Below are positions 29,049 through 38,407 of a stretch of 40,799 nucleotides of DNA, piece after piece. Each line of letters opens with the position of its first letter. Position 1 is the first letter of the stretch. The translations under genes and the position numbers were made by a program. The notes under the pieces are model-generated. The model was given only the letters and a program-made list of their open reading frames with translations. It did not search any database and had not been told where the DNA came from. The DNA comes from Candidatus Falkowbacteria bacterium LH_S3 (lineage in GTDB: Bacteria; Patescibacteriota; Patescibacteriia; Patescibacteriales; JAGXOH01): assembly GCA_023659985.1 (NCBI GenBank), contig JAGXOH010000003.1:1-40799 (forward strand), in the 5' to 3' direction.

Positions 29049-29756
29049 TTAGTTACCTCCAAATCTTCTTTTTCTTCGAGAAAATTCTTTTATAATATAC
29101 TCCACATCATTTTCAGCAAAATCAGGCCAATATTTATCTAAGAAAATTAACTCACTATAAGCTGATTCCCACAACTGAAAGCCTGACAACCTTTTCTCCC
29201 CTGAGGTTCTGACTATAACATCAGGATCACCCACTTCCGGGTGATATAAATTTTCAGAAATAGTGTCTTCATTAATATCATCATTTTTAATTCCGGCCTG
29301 AACCATCTTGCGAATAGCATCAACAATCTCGGCTCTTCCTCCGTAATTAAGGCATACATTAAAGATGCCATTTTTGTTTTCCTTAGTCTTTTCTTCAACC
29401 TCCCTACATCTGTCAGGAATACCCCCAGGAAGCTCATCCACTCCTCCACTAATTACCACTTTATGTCCTTTTTTCATTGCGTTCTCCACCTCTTCCCTTA
29501 ACACTTTTTCCAGAAGATCCATTAAATATTCAACCTCTTCTTTTTTTCTATTCCAATTTTCAGTAGAAAAAGCATACGCTGTTACTATTTCCACACCTTG
29601 ATCCAAAAACCACTTAGGAGCTTCCCTAACTCTTTTTTCACCTTCCATATGTCCTTTAAAAACAGATAATCCTCTTTCTTTGGCCCACCTTCGATTGCCA
29701 TCCAAGATAAGCCCCACATGCTTGGGAATTTTATTGTTTTTCACTGAATTTTCCAT
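29049..29756 (-). CDS. uppS: Undecaprenyl diphosphate synthase
   Basis: ILDGNRRWA, FSTENW.R, RTSGEKRLSGF and RRFGG. Confidence 0.97.
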   Translation of the reverse strand: MENSVKNNKIPKHVGLILDGNRRWAKERGLSVFKGHMEGEKRVREAPKWFLDQGVEIVTAYAFSTENWNRKKEEVEYLMDLLEKVLREEVENAMKKGHKVVISGGVDELPGGIPDRCREVEEKTKENKNGIFNVCLNYGGRAEIVDAIRKMVQAGIKNDDINEDTISENLYHPEVGDPDVIVRTSGEKRLSGFQLWESAYSELIFLDKYWPDFAENDVEYIIKEFSRRKRRFGGN

Positions 29757-29836
29757 AATAAAATAATGGTTAATACTCTTAAGTATAAATAAACACTGGC
29801 AAAAATAATTTGTTTTTTATAGCCAGATATAAAAAG

Positions 29837-30100
29837 CTAATTTTTGATTTTAATCATTTTAAACCTTGCGGTCAATCCTGTTAATATTTTAACATTATTT
29901 TCATCGATCTCCAATTTCTTAGCTAAAAATCCGATCAATTCCTTGTTAGCCTTGCCTTTTTCCGCCCGAGCTTTTATATCTATTTTCAATACACCCTTCA
30001 CGACAGATTTTATCTTATTAGCTGGAGCACCTGCTCTAACTTTCACTTTTATCACTATTTCTCTTTCAAATTTTAATCTTTCTTTTAGCTTATTTAACAT
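29837..30100 (-). CDS. DUF167 (YggU-like) protein
   Basis: VKVRAGA..., AEKGKANKELIGFLAK and GLTARFK motifs. Confidence 0.85.
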   Translation of the reverse strand: MLNKLKERLKFEREIVIKVKVRAGAPANKIKSVVKGVLKIDIKARAEKGKANKELIGFLAKKLEIDENNVKILTGLTARFKMIKIKN

Positions 30101-30105
30101 AAACT

Positions 30106-31113
30106 TTATTTAATCGTTTTTTTACCTACCAATTGTCCGCAAGCCGCCTTAATATCCTGTCCAAATTTATATCTTTGGATAACTTTTACACCTTTTCTCT
30201 CAAGGATGGCGCGAAATTTATTTATTTGCTGTGGAGTGGAGCCCTTATACCCTTTGGTTGAATTGAATTCTATTAAATTAACCTTTAAATGCTTGCCCAA
30301 TTTTTCTTTTAGCAGATCTGCTAATTTATAAGCTTGAGAAACTGAATCATTAATACCTCTAAGCATTATGTATTCCACCATCACCTCTCTACCTGTATAA
30401 AAAATGTAGTCAGCCACGACATTTAATAACTTATCTATTCCAAACCTTTTATTTACAGGCATTAAAGAGCTCCTTAATTTGTCGCTAGCGGCATTCAAGG
30501 ATATCGCCAAATTAACTTGCATATATTCCTTAGACAATTTTTTAATACCGTCAATAATACCAACGGTAGAAATGGACATCTTTCTAGCTCCTATATTGAA
30601 AAAATCTTTATCATTTAAAAAATGAACAGCCTTAACTACTTCATTGTAATTCAACATTGGCTCCCCCATTCCCATGAATACCACATTGGTTACCTTTTGA
30701 TTTTTATCTTTTAGGTATCTTTCAAATAATAATACTTGTTGTACAATTTCTGTGTACAATAGATTTCTTTTACATCCCAACTTGCCGGTAGCACAAAAAT
30801 TACAACCCATGTTGCATCCCGCTTGGGTTGATACACATACGCTGTTCTGATTTCCATACCTCATTAGAACGGATTCCACAAAATTATCATCAAAACAAAC
30901 AACCGCTTTAACTGTCTTTTTGTCCTTGGATTTAAAAATATCTGCCTCAATTTTCAATGGACAATTCTCCCATAATATCCCTCTTAGTTCTTTGGGTATA
31001 TTGCCAGCCTCCTGCCAAGAACTGATGAATTGTCTGTAGACAGCATCATACACCTGCTTATGCCTGAATTTAGGTTGGTCTTTAAGTATATCTTTTAATT
31101 TTGATAAGTTCAT
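30106..31113 (-). CDS. rlmN: 23S rRNA m2A2503 methyltransferase RlmN
   Basis: CVSTQAGCNMGCNFCATG, VFMGMGEP and DIKAACGQL. Confidence 0.95.
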   Translation of the reverse strand: MNLSKLKDILKDQPKFRHKQVYDAVYRQFISSWQEAGNIPKELRGILWENCPLKIEADIFKSKDKKTVKAVVCFDDNFVESVLMRYGNQNSVCVSTQAGCNMGCNFCATGKLGCKRNLLYTEIVQQVLLFERYLKDKNQKVTNVVFMGMGEPMLNYNEVVKAVHFLNDKDFFNIGARKMSISTVGIIDGIKKLSKEYMQVNLAISLNAASDKLRSSLMPVNKRFGIDKLLNVVADYIFYTGREVMVEYIMLRGINDSVSQAYKLADLLKEKLGKHLKVNLIEFNSTKGYKGSTPQQINKFRAILERKGVKVIQRYKFGQDIKAACGQLVGKKTIK

Positions 31114-31196
31114 ATTATCTAAATTTTTTTATTCTTTTAACTTATGAAAAATTTGCCTCCTAAGGAAAACAAGGAGACAAAAAACGTTCATTGTAT

Positions 31197-31409
31197 TTAT
31201 GCCAACTCTTTGGTCCAATAATGGGTTATCGCCAAAATAAACAAACCAATAAACAATGCTACCCAGGAATTTATTTCCTGGCTTCCCATATGCAAATAAA
31301 CCTCCAATAATCCCCATACCCCCTTCCAAAAAGTAACAACGGCACACCCGATCAACAAACTAAAGATCGCTTGTTTAAAAGGTTTTAATTTTTGAATTCT
31401 GTGAAACAT
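31197..31409 (-). CDS. Small two-TM hypothetical protein
   Basis: 70 aa with two hydrophobic helices and FWKGVWGL motif. Confidence 0.65.
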   Translation of the reverse strand: MFHRIQKLKPFKQAIFSLLIGCAVVTFWKGVWGLLEVYLHMGSQEINSWVALFIGLFILAITHYWTKELA

Positions 31410-31794
31410 AGATTATAAATTATAAATTAAAAAAACATAAACAAAATTGTCACAATTACTAAACCCAATGCAAACCTTTTTTGAATGAAAAATACTTGAT
31501 TAACTCCATTCCACATCTTCACCCGCCTGTTAGACTGAAAGATTTTTTGTGATGGTGCGGTTTACATTCATTTCAAATAATATATTGTACAATATTATTA
31601 TTAAAAAACGTTTCTTAATTTAAAAGCCCTGAAATTTACACCTTCGGTCTTTTTTATTGGAGCATAGTCAAAGTCAAACCTACCTTGATGAGATTTGACC
31701 TTGAGAAACCAAAACTGCTTGATAATGAGCGAGTATTATTCAGGCATAGCCCCTCCTTCTTCAATATCTATTATCTGAACTCTTAGACTGAACT

Positions 31795-33306
31795 TTAGGA
31801 GCCGAAAAGCTCTTCAACTTTTCTAAATTCATCTCCAATGTCATCCCTTTTATCCAAACGATTTCCCTTGGAATTTTCTCTAGGAATAACTCTTACTTTA
31901 GCATTGATGAAAGCATTCTTGATCTTCTGCTGAAGTTCTTTAACAACTTCACCTTCACTCCGCTCCTCTTTAATTGTTACATTAGATACCAGGTAAACAA
32001 CCCTGGTTCCATCTGAAAAAAATCCTTTTTCTTTAGAGTATCCAACACCTGATGGAACAACTTGAATCCCTTTTTTTTGAAAGTAATCAAAATCAATTTC
32101 AAGTGGCTCTCCTTTTGTATAGGATCCAGGATAACCTCTTTGTCCATCAGGTCCACCGGGTCCAACCACTAACGCAACACAAATTGAAATCTGGCTATTC
32201 CTGATCTCAGGACGAACTATATCAAAGTTTCCTTCAATCGCTGCCTGAAAAAGTGAACCAAGATTTCTAATTCGTTTTATCATCGGCTGCCATTCCGGTT
32301 CTCCAGGACGGACATTAACTTCCGATACTTGAATTGAGATTGGTCTTCCCTTATTGTCTATTTTCACAAAACATCCAGGATAGAGGACACAAGGCCTCAA
32401 GTGGTCCTTCTCTTTAAGAAATTGTATAAGAGGCATTGCAATTTGTTCTTTAACCATCTTCCTGAGGCGAAGAGATTCAAAGGGATGTGGAGAAATACTC
32501 CCCATACCTCCAGTAATAGGGTTTTGCGTTCCTCTTTCAGCAGCATATCTTTCTGGATAATCCATAGCAGTTGGCAACATACGAAATCTGCCATATCTGT
32601 CAACAAGAATAGTAAAGCTTATTTCCACTCCACTCATCAAAGACTCAATAAGCAATGGCCATTCTTTGTTGCTGTGAATTCTCTTGTAGTTGCTTTGATA
32701 ATCACGGATCAATTGATCGTAAACTGGTTTTATATCAAAAATTTTTTGGATCAATCTGGCTCCTTTGCCTCCTGCGCTATAGGGGTATTTCAATACAGCA
32801 CCACCGTAATCCTGGACTAGAGAAATGCATATCTTACGAATTTTTTCAAAATTCTTAGCATCTACTTTAAACCATTTGTCAGCTACTGGTATTTTAAATT
32901 CATCGCAGTAATATTTTGTCCAGATCTTGTCACCTTCTAGTCTGGCAGCCTTCGAGGTCAAGCCAATCACCTTGTCGCCATAGCCTACTTCAATAAGCCT
33001 ATCCACAAAACCCTCAAAAAGCAAGTCTTCCGGCATTGGAACAACGCAATCAAGTTCGCCATTTTTCAAAGCTTTCAGTGTTGCCTGAAAATAGGCTTCA
33101 ACAGAATTGTCTTCAGTTGGAATGAAGTCAATTGGGTGACCAAGTTTTTTCTGAAATTCAGGCTGTCCAGAAGTTCCACGAACAATAATTCCCTTATAAC
33201 GACCACTTTCCACTTCGCTTTTGGCAGTAGAAACCACTTGAGCGCTTAAATAAGTCCTGCCGTCGGTTCCTGCAAATCCGATTTTGTAATCACTTGTTAT
33301 TTTCAT
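31795..33306 (-). CDS. Divergent phosphoribosylamine-glycine ligase (PurD)-like ATP-grasp protein
   Basis: AARLEGDK, AGGKG, GVEISF, TGGMG, EVNVRPGEPEWQ, GYPGSY and GTRV motifs; GAGGA RBS. Confidence 0.8.
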   Translation of the reverse strand: MKITSDYKIGFAGTDGRTYLSAQVVSTAKSEVESGRYKGIIVRGTSGQPEFQKKLGHPIDFIPTEDNSVEAYFQATLKALKNGELDCVVPMPEDLLFEGFVDRLIEVGYGDKVIGLTSKAARLEGDKIWTKYYCDEFKIPVADKWFKVDAKNFEKIRKICISLVQDYGGAVLKYPYSAGGKGARLIQKIFDIKPVYDQLIRDYQSNYKRIHSNKEWPLLIESLMSGVEISFTILVDRYGRFRMLPTAMDYPERYAAERGTQNPITGGMGSISPHPFESLRLRKMVKEQIAMPLIQFLKEKDHLRPCVLYPGCFVKIDNKGRPISIQVSEVNVRPGEPEWQPMIKRIRNLGSLFQAAIEGNFDIVRPEIRNSQISICVALVVGPGGPDGQRGYPGSYTKGEPLEIDFDYFQKKGIQVVPSGVGYSKEKGFFSDGTRVVYLVSNVTIKEERSEGEVVKELQQKIKNAFINAKVRVIPRENSKGNRLDKRDDIGDEFRKVEELFGS

Positions 33307-33311
33307 TCCTC

Positions 33312-33522
33312 TTTTTGTTTTGTTTATTTTTCTGTTAAATATATCTATTTCTCTATTTCCAAAAACTAAATTTTCATTCTTTTTTTCGACTTTTTAGTTA
33401 TCCACATTTTTATTTCTTGACAAGTAATATTGGCTTGATATACTGATAATGTCTTTCGGTTCTAGATAGAACCGTTAGGGTTATACATCCTAGGGCCACC
33501 CTCTTAGTTGAGGGTGGTTTTT
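33312..33522. repeat. Copy 1 of a ~210-bp direct repeat (NYN 5' end + promoter + small RNA + terminator)
   Basis: Aligns with 34085-34295 at an offset of 773 nt. Confidence 0.95.
33449..33522 (+). ncRNA. Putative ~75-nt small RNA, copy 1
   Basis: TTGACA(33417)-N16-TATACT(33439); hairpin CGGTTCT/AGAACCG; terminator CCACCCTC/GAGGGTGG plus T5. Confidence 0.6.
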
Positions 33523-33530
33523 GTTTATAC

Positions 33531-34115
33531 TCATTCATTTTCGCGATATTTTAAATCCTTTCCCCATAATTCATTTATATCTTTCAAATCAAAGTAATCA
33601 TCCCCGCTGGTTTTTAGTTCGTGAGAGATATTATCTTTTGACGAAAAGATATAGACCTTTTTGCCACTGTTTTTCAAATAATTCACTAATGCTAAAAAAT
33701 CGGCGTCACCACTGAAAAAGATCGCTATGTTATATTTCTGGATGTTATGCATTGCGTCAATCGTTATTTCCACATCCATATTTCCTTTTTCTATGATAGA
33801 TTCTCCACTTTCGCTAATAACAGAGATTCTTTTTAACTCTTTTTTTCTTACGATAAAACCAAGCCCTTTCTTGAGATAAGTAAAAAATTTATGCTTTCCA
33901 TCCAAGTCATAATCTCTTGTCCCTGCTTTTGGATAAGCGTCATAATAAAAAATTTCAACTTGGTCTGCATTAAAATTTCTCCTAAAATAATCTTTAAGAG
34001 TTTTGTATTCAATAAACTTTTTTACCGATTTGACCGCATTCCAAATATTTGAAGCGTCAATAAAAACATACACTGTGTTTTCTGTTTTTGTTTTGTTTAT
34101 TTTTCTGTTAAACAT
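33531..34115 (-). CDS. NYN domain (LabA/DUF88, PIN-like) ribonuclease
   Basis: VFIDASN, EKGNMDVEITIDA, FSGDADF..L and GKKV..S..L...D motifs. Confidence 0.92.
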   Translation of the reverse strand: MFNRKINKTKTENTVYVFIDASNIWNAVKSVKKFIEYKTLKDYFRRNFNADQVEIFYYDAYPKAGTRDYDLDGKHKFFTYLKKGLGFIVRKKELKRISVISESGESIIEKGNMDVEITIDAMHNIQKYNIAIFFSGDADFLALVNYLKNSGKKVYIFSSKDNISHELKTSGDDYFDLKDINELWGKDLKYRENE

Positions 34116-34295
34116 ATCTATTTCTCTATTTCCAAAAATTAAATTTTTGTTCTTTTTTTCGACTTTTTAGTTACCCACATTTTTACTTCTTGACAAGTAA
34201 TATTGGCTTAATATACTGATAATGTCTTTCGGTTCTGGATAGAACCGTTAGGGTACTACATCCAAGAGCAGTCCTCCTCGCGGAGGGCTGTTTTT
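34085..34295. repeat. Copy 2 of the ~210-bp direct repeat
   Basis: See copy 1; this copy includes the real NYN start codon. Confidence 0.95.
34222..34295 (+). ncRNA. Putative ~75-nt small RNA, copy 2
   Basis: TTGACA(34190)-N16-TATACT(34212); same first hairpin; different terminator CAGTCCTCC/GGAGGGCTG plus T5. Confidence 0.6.
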
Positions 34296-34324
34296 ATTTC
34301 TTTCCCTCTTTATACTTTAATTCT

Positions 34325-34552
34325 TTACCCCAAATATCTTCTTCTATTCTTAATAAACATCTTACCATAACCATAGTAAGTTTTTAAATATTTTTCTCGA
34401 TGAGTGGCATCTTGCTGGTTTAAACAAGATTCATAATATATTAGTTTTAATGGCCTCCTATCTTTTGTTGACTCAATTAATCCTTTTTTATGTTGCTCAA
34501 ATCTTAATTTTAAATTTTCGGTATATCCAATATAAAACTTTTTGTCTTTCAT
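34325..34552 (-). pseudogene. GIY-YIG nuclease (small YhbQ-like family), 5'-truncated
   Basis: FYIGYT.NL..R..QH..G..ST..RRP..L.YYE..A..RE..LK; in-frame TAG two codons upstream and the first Y-x-Y strand is missing. Confidence 0.75.
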
Positions 34553-34608
34553 TGACTACAAAACAACTAAATAAGTTGCTGATCCGTAGTGATTAACTCA
34601 ACTTGTTT

Positions 34609-35481
34609 TTATTCACCTTTTGATACTTCTCGCACGAATACACTGTAAGTTTCGCCACTATCTAAAATAATCTTGATAACCTTGCCATTTACTTCAACAG
34701 AGGTGACTTTTTGACCCTCAATTCCTTCTTTAATTCCAGATAATCCGTCCGTGATTTGTTTCTCATGTTGTTCTTTAGCAGTGCCAATTTCAGACGGTTC
34801 GCCAAAATTTAATCCCAACGGTAATTCTTCCTCATGAGAAATGCCAATTTCGGTTTTAGCCGGCCCGAACTTGCTGGCTGGTTGGTAAAAACCAACACCT
34901 GGAATATTCTTGTAGTGTCTGTATCCTGCGGCAATCGTATGGGTCAAATAGAGAGGTCCACGACCGGAAATTAACACGGGTTTTGAAGGATCAACGTCAG
35001 GAGGAATGACTTTGTCCAAATCCTCAACCTTAAAATCGCCCGCGAGATTAAACTCAACAAGAGTATAATCTTCAGTTTCTTTTTTGACCCATGTAAATCC
35101 TTCTGGCCCGCGCCCTTCGCCTTCAGGTAATGGCTCTAAAACTTTAGTCTCACCCTTGGTCATTTCCCCTTCTGCGTCTTTTGACATGTAGGTGAAATAT
35201 CCCTCTGCCGGGTGCACGCCGTGCAACAAACTGGCAATTACCCCGGGCGAAGCAACACCGTCAATAACAATGCCTTCGGCTTTTTCATCGCGAGCAAATT
35301 TTTCAGCGTATTCGTACGCCAATCGGTCATGCTCCGGACCAAAAGTAATGCGGCCCTGTTGATCGGGTTGTAACCCAATCTCGCGGGCAAAATCGTTAAT
35401 CGACAACTTTTCAATTTTTGACTCGCCTTCTTTGATTTCTTGAGGCATCTGTGCCTCAGGTGTGAAATTTTTTTCGTTCAT
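34609..35481 (-). CDS. Tandem Csx3/Crn3-like domain protein
   Basis: C-terminal half PPDVDPSKPVLISGRGPLYL...YRH...FYQP...ISH resembles Csx3; N-terminal half IVIDGVASP..IASLLHGVHP resembles a degenerate copy. Confidence 0.65.
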   Translation of the reverse strand: MNEKNFTPEAQMPQEIKEGESKIEKLSINDFAREIGLQPDQQGRITFGPEHDRLAYEYAEKFARDEKAEGIVIDGVASPGVIASLLHGVHPAEGYFTYMSKDAEGEMTKGETKVLEPLPEGEGRGPEGFTWVKKETEDYTLVEFNLAGDFKVEDLDKVIPPDVDPSKPVLISGRGPLYLTHTIAAGYRHYKNIPGVGFYQPASKFGPAKTEIGISHEEELPLGLNFGEPSEIGTAKEQHEKQITDGLSGIKEGIEGQKVTSVEVNGKVIKIILDSGETYSVFVREVSKGE

Positions 35482-35622
35482 AGTATTTGTCCTTTCTAAA
35501 AATTAAATTCCGGTCAGATCTTCAAAACTAACTTAAACCCTATTTCAGTTAGATAGTTAAATTGCTTGACACGACCGGCGATTATTCCATTGATCAATAA
35601 TTGCAAAAAAACATCTGTCATT

Positions 35623-35838
35623 TTATTGTATTAAATTATCTAAATTGACGCTAAGCGCTTTGGCTATTTTTGCACGGTGTTCATTGTTGGACTTTGAATT
35701 GCACCTGACTCTATTTTAATAATCGTATTATGAGAAATATCAGCGAGTTTGGACAATTTGTCCTACGCCAAATTCCGTTGTTTCCGCAACTTTTTTATAT
35801 TCTTCGCTATTGTTGTTTTTTGTTTTAGATACAGACAT
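35623..35838 (-). pseudogene. XRE-family HTH regulator, disrupted
   Basis: Manual translation IAKNIKKLRKQRNLA*DKLSKLADISHNTIIKIESG..SPT..TVQK/IAKALSV.LD.L shows an internal TAG and frameshift(s). Confidence 0.85.
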
Positions 35839-35990
35839 TTGGCGGTTTTAATTAACTGATAATAGCACCTGATTGGGCGATTTTCCACTCAAACCGCAAT
35901 GAGCCAAATTATTGTAATAGATTCCACAATCTAAGCTTATAATTAAGCTTACAGACATTCTTAACCCCGATTTTGTCATAAAAAGATTCT

Positions 35991-36067
35991 TGGTCGGGGA
36001 TGTGGGACTTGAACCCACGACCTCCACAACCCGAATGTGGCGCCCTAGCCATCTGGGCCAATCCCCG
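35991..36067 (-). tRNA. tRNA-Pro(CGG)
   Basis: Reverse complement CGGGGAT...CCACA-TTCGGGT-TGTGG...ATCCCCGACCA. Confidence 0.95.
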
Positions 36068-36123
36068 CTGAATAATTTTCAATTCACAATTTCTAATTAT
36101 CTCAACTATTCTTGATCCAATTT

Positions 36124-36534
36124 CTATTTTATCACTTCTCCTTCAATGCTATTTCTACCGCCACCATGCCTACCAGATCCATAACTATCGTCCTTTGTCT
36201 TTCTTATGAATTGATTTAACATATAACCGAACACAGATAATACTATACTAAAAAGAATAGCGGGAAACAAACCATTTACGTAAAAACCCTGAATAATAGA
36301 GGATGTAAGAAGGACCAATAAGGCATTTATTACAAAAGTAAACAACCCCAAGGTCAAAACATTAACCGGCAAAGTTAAAATAAACAAAATCGGCTTTAAA
36401 ATCATATTAAAAACACCTAAAAATACAGCCACCCACAAAGCTGCCCACAAACCCCCGATTTCCACTCCGGGTATGATGTAGCCGGCGATAAGTACAGCCA
36501 AAGCTGTCATAAACCATTTTACAAATAAATTCAT
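36124..36534 (-). CDS. Four-TM phage-holin-family (YvlD-like) membrane protein
   Basis: N.ILKPIL.ILTLP.NVLTLGLF.FVINA motif. Confidence 0.88.
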   Translation of the reverse strand: MNLFVKWFMTALAVLIAGYIIPGVEIGGLWAALWVAVFLGVFNMILKPILFILTLPVNVLTLGLFTFVINALLVLLTSSIIQGFYVNGLFPAILFSIVLSVFGYMLNQFIRKTKDDSYGSGRHGGGRNSIEGEVIK

Positions 36535-36550
36535 AAAGGTGATCTAATTA

Positions 36551-37684
36551 CTAAAAAAAGCGACTTATATCATGGAAGGTTACCACTAATATCAATAAAA
36601 GTAAGAAAATAAAACCAAAATTATGAAATAAAGCTTCAGTTTCTTTTTTTACCGGACAACCCTTGATCTTTTCAATAATCAAAAATAATATTCTGCCTCC
36701 ATCCAAAGCAGGAAAAGGGATAAAATTAATAATAGCCAGATTAACCGAAAGCAAAGCCACAAATTGCATTAAATAAGCAATTCCCATCTCAGCCACTTGA
36801 CCAGTTAAGGAAGCTATGCCAACCGGACCGGCTACTTGTTGGGCAACTCCGCTATCTCCAACTATTAATCCCTTTATTAACCCCACCAGAGCCAAGATTA
36901 TAGTTACTATTAATAAACCAGTAGTTTTAATACCTTCCCAGATACCTGTAAAAAAAGAATATTTTACCAAACCAGTAGTAACCAATGCTACTCCCACTCC
37001 TTCCCGATCAGTGCCAGATAAAGACTGCGGTTCAATATTAAAAGTTACATCCTTATCTCCTCTGCTTATTTTATAAATCAATTCTTCATCGCAATGGCTA
37101 TCTACAAAATCCTGTATCTTAGATACATCTTCAAATTTTTGTCCATTAATACTAACTATAATATCAGCCATTTTCATCCCTGCCTCCTTAGCCGGAGATT
37201 GAGGCAGAACCTTTACTACCTGTATCTTTTTATCAGAAACAATAGCATTGCTTCCTATGTCATTATTTATGGCCTTAGGAATTCCAGTTATAGATCCGAT
37301 GGAAAACAAAACAGCCGCCAATACTATATTCATAGCCACTCCGGCTGAAAGAATAATAGCTCTTTTCCAAATTTTTTTGGAAGCGAAACTGTCTGATGAT
37401 TGCTTATCTTCCCCGTCTTCGCCTTTTATTTTAACAAATCCTCCTAATGGAATCCAATTAACCGAATAAACAGTATCATCCGTATCTTGCACTTCTTTTT
37501 TCCCCAAAACCTTTTTCCACTTACCTTCTTTATTTTTATAAAAACCAAAAATCCGCGGAGGAAAACCAAAACCAAACTCCTCAGCTTTTACCCCGAATCG
37601 CTTAGCTACCCAAAAATGGCCGAATTCATGGACAAAAACCAAAACAGACAAAACCAAAATAAAAATTATAGCAGTAAAAAACAT
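36551..37684 (-). CDS. rseP: RIP metalloprotease RseP
   Basis: HEFGH, PLGGFVKI.G, PDZ domain, GPVGI and NFIPFPALDGG. Confidence 0.96.
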   Translation of the reverse strand: MFFTAIIFILVLSVLVFVHEFGHFWVAKRFGVKAEEFGFGFPPRIFGFYKNKEGKWKKVLGKKEVQDTDDTVYSVNWIPLGGFVKIKGEDGEDKQSSDSFASKKIWKRAIILSAGVAMNIVLAAVLFSIGSITGIPKAINNDIGSNAIVSDKKIQVVKVLPQSPAKEAGMKMADIIVSINGQKFEDVSKIQDFVDSHCDEELIYKISRGDKDVTFNIEPQSLSGTDREGVGVALVTTGLVKYSFFTGIWEGIKTTGLLIVTIILALVGLIKGLIVGDSGVAQQVAGPVGIASLTGQVAEMGIAYLMQFVALLSVNLAIINFIPFPALDGGRILFLIIEKIKGCPVKKETEALFHNFGFIFLLLLILVVTFHDISRFF

Positions 37685-37764
37685 ATTCTTTGAAGTTAAA
37701 ACTTATATCCCCATATTCTAAGATAAACCACATTTTCAGTAAATTCCTAAAAAAAAATAATTTG

Positions 37765-38319
37765 CTAAATATGCATTATATCTTCTTCTTTTTTATCCCT
37801 TATTTGCTTTAATGAATTATTCTTGTTATCTATTTCTTCGTCTAATTCTTTTATGCATCTGAATTTATCATCCTCGGTTATTTCTTTGTTCTTTTCCGCA
37901 TCTTCTATATCACTCTTAATCTCATCTCTTATATGCCTTATGGAAATGCGCGCATTTTCTAATTTTTCATTCAACTTCTTAACCATATCTTTTCTTTTTT
38001 CCTCAGTCATCTCCGGAATACTCACTCTGATTTTTTCGCCCTCATTGCCAACATTAACTCCCAAATCAGCTGTCTCAATAGCTTTTTCCACGTTTCTTAT
38101 TGTATTTTTATCCCAAGGCACTACCACCAAAGTTCTAGGGTCTTCCATATTGATGTTTGCCAAAGCTTTCAGAGGGCTATTTATGCCGTAAACCTCCACT
38201 TGCACCCCTTCTAAAAGCGAAGGACTGGCTCGCCCTGTTCTCAAAGTTTTGATATTGGTTTTGAAATGCTCTATGGCATTATCAAAATCGTTTTCCCGTT
38301 CACTAATATATTCATTCAT
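37765..38319 (-). CDS. frr: Ribosome recycling factor
   Basis: LRTGRASP, PWD, PEMTEEKRK, and ARISIR..R. Confidence 0.97.
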   Translation of the reverse strand: MNEYISERENDFDNAIEHFKTNIKTLRTGRASPSLLEGVQVEVYGINSPLKALANINMEDPRTLVVVPWDKNTIRNVEKAIETADLGVNVGNEGEKIRVSIPEMTEEKRKDMVKKLNEKLENARISIRHIRDEIKSDIEDAEKNKEITEDDKFRCIKELDEEIDNKNNSLKQIRDKKEEDIMHI

Positions 38320-38407
38320 AAAATATTTAGCTCCAACATTTAATACACAATAAGGAAATTAAATGTTGTTAATTATTATATTATGATTTAGCAATTGCAA
38401 TGGAAAA

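Noticed and set aside
31540-31570. att-site duplicate of the tRNA-Pro 3' end
   Set aside because: Only TGGT plus a few bases match; too short to support.
33398-33406. DnaA box TTATCCACA / replication origin
   Set aside because: It is a single box, changed to TTACCCACA in the duplicate, with no box cluster or dnaA nearby.
36124-36534. Prophage, suggested by the holin-family gene and fibre-like protein
   Set aside because: This membrane family is common in non-phage contexts; no terminase, capsid, integrase or lysin is present.
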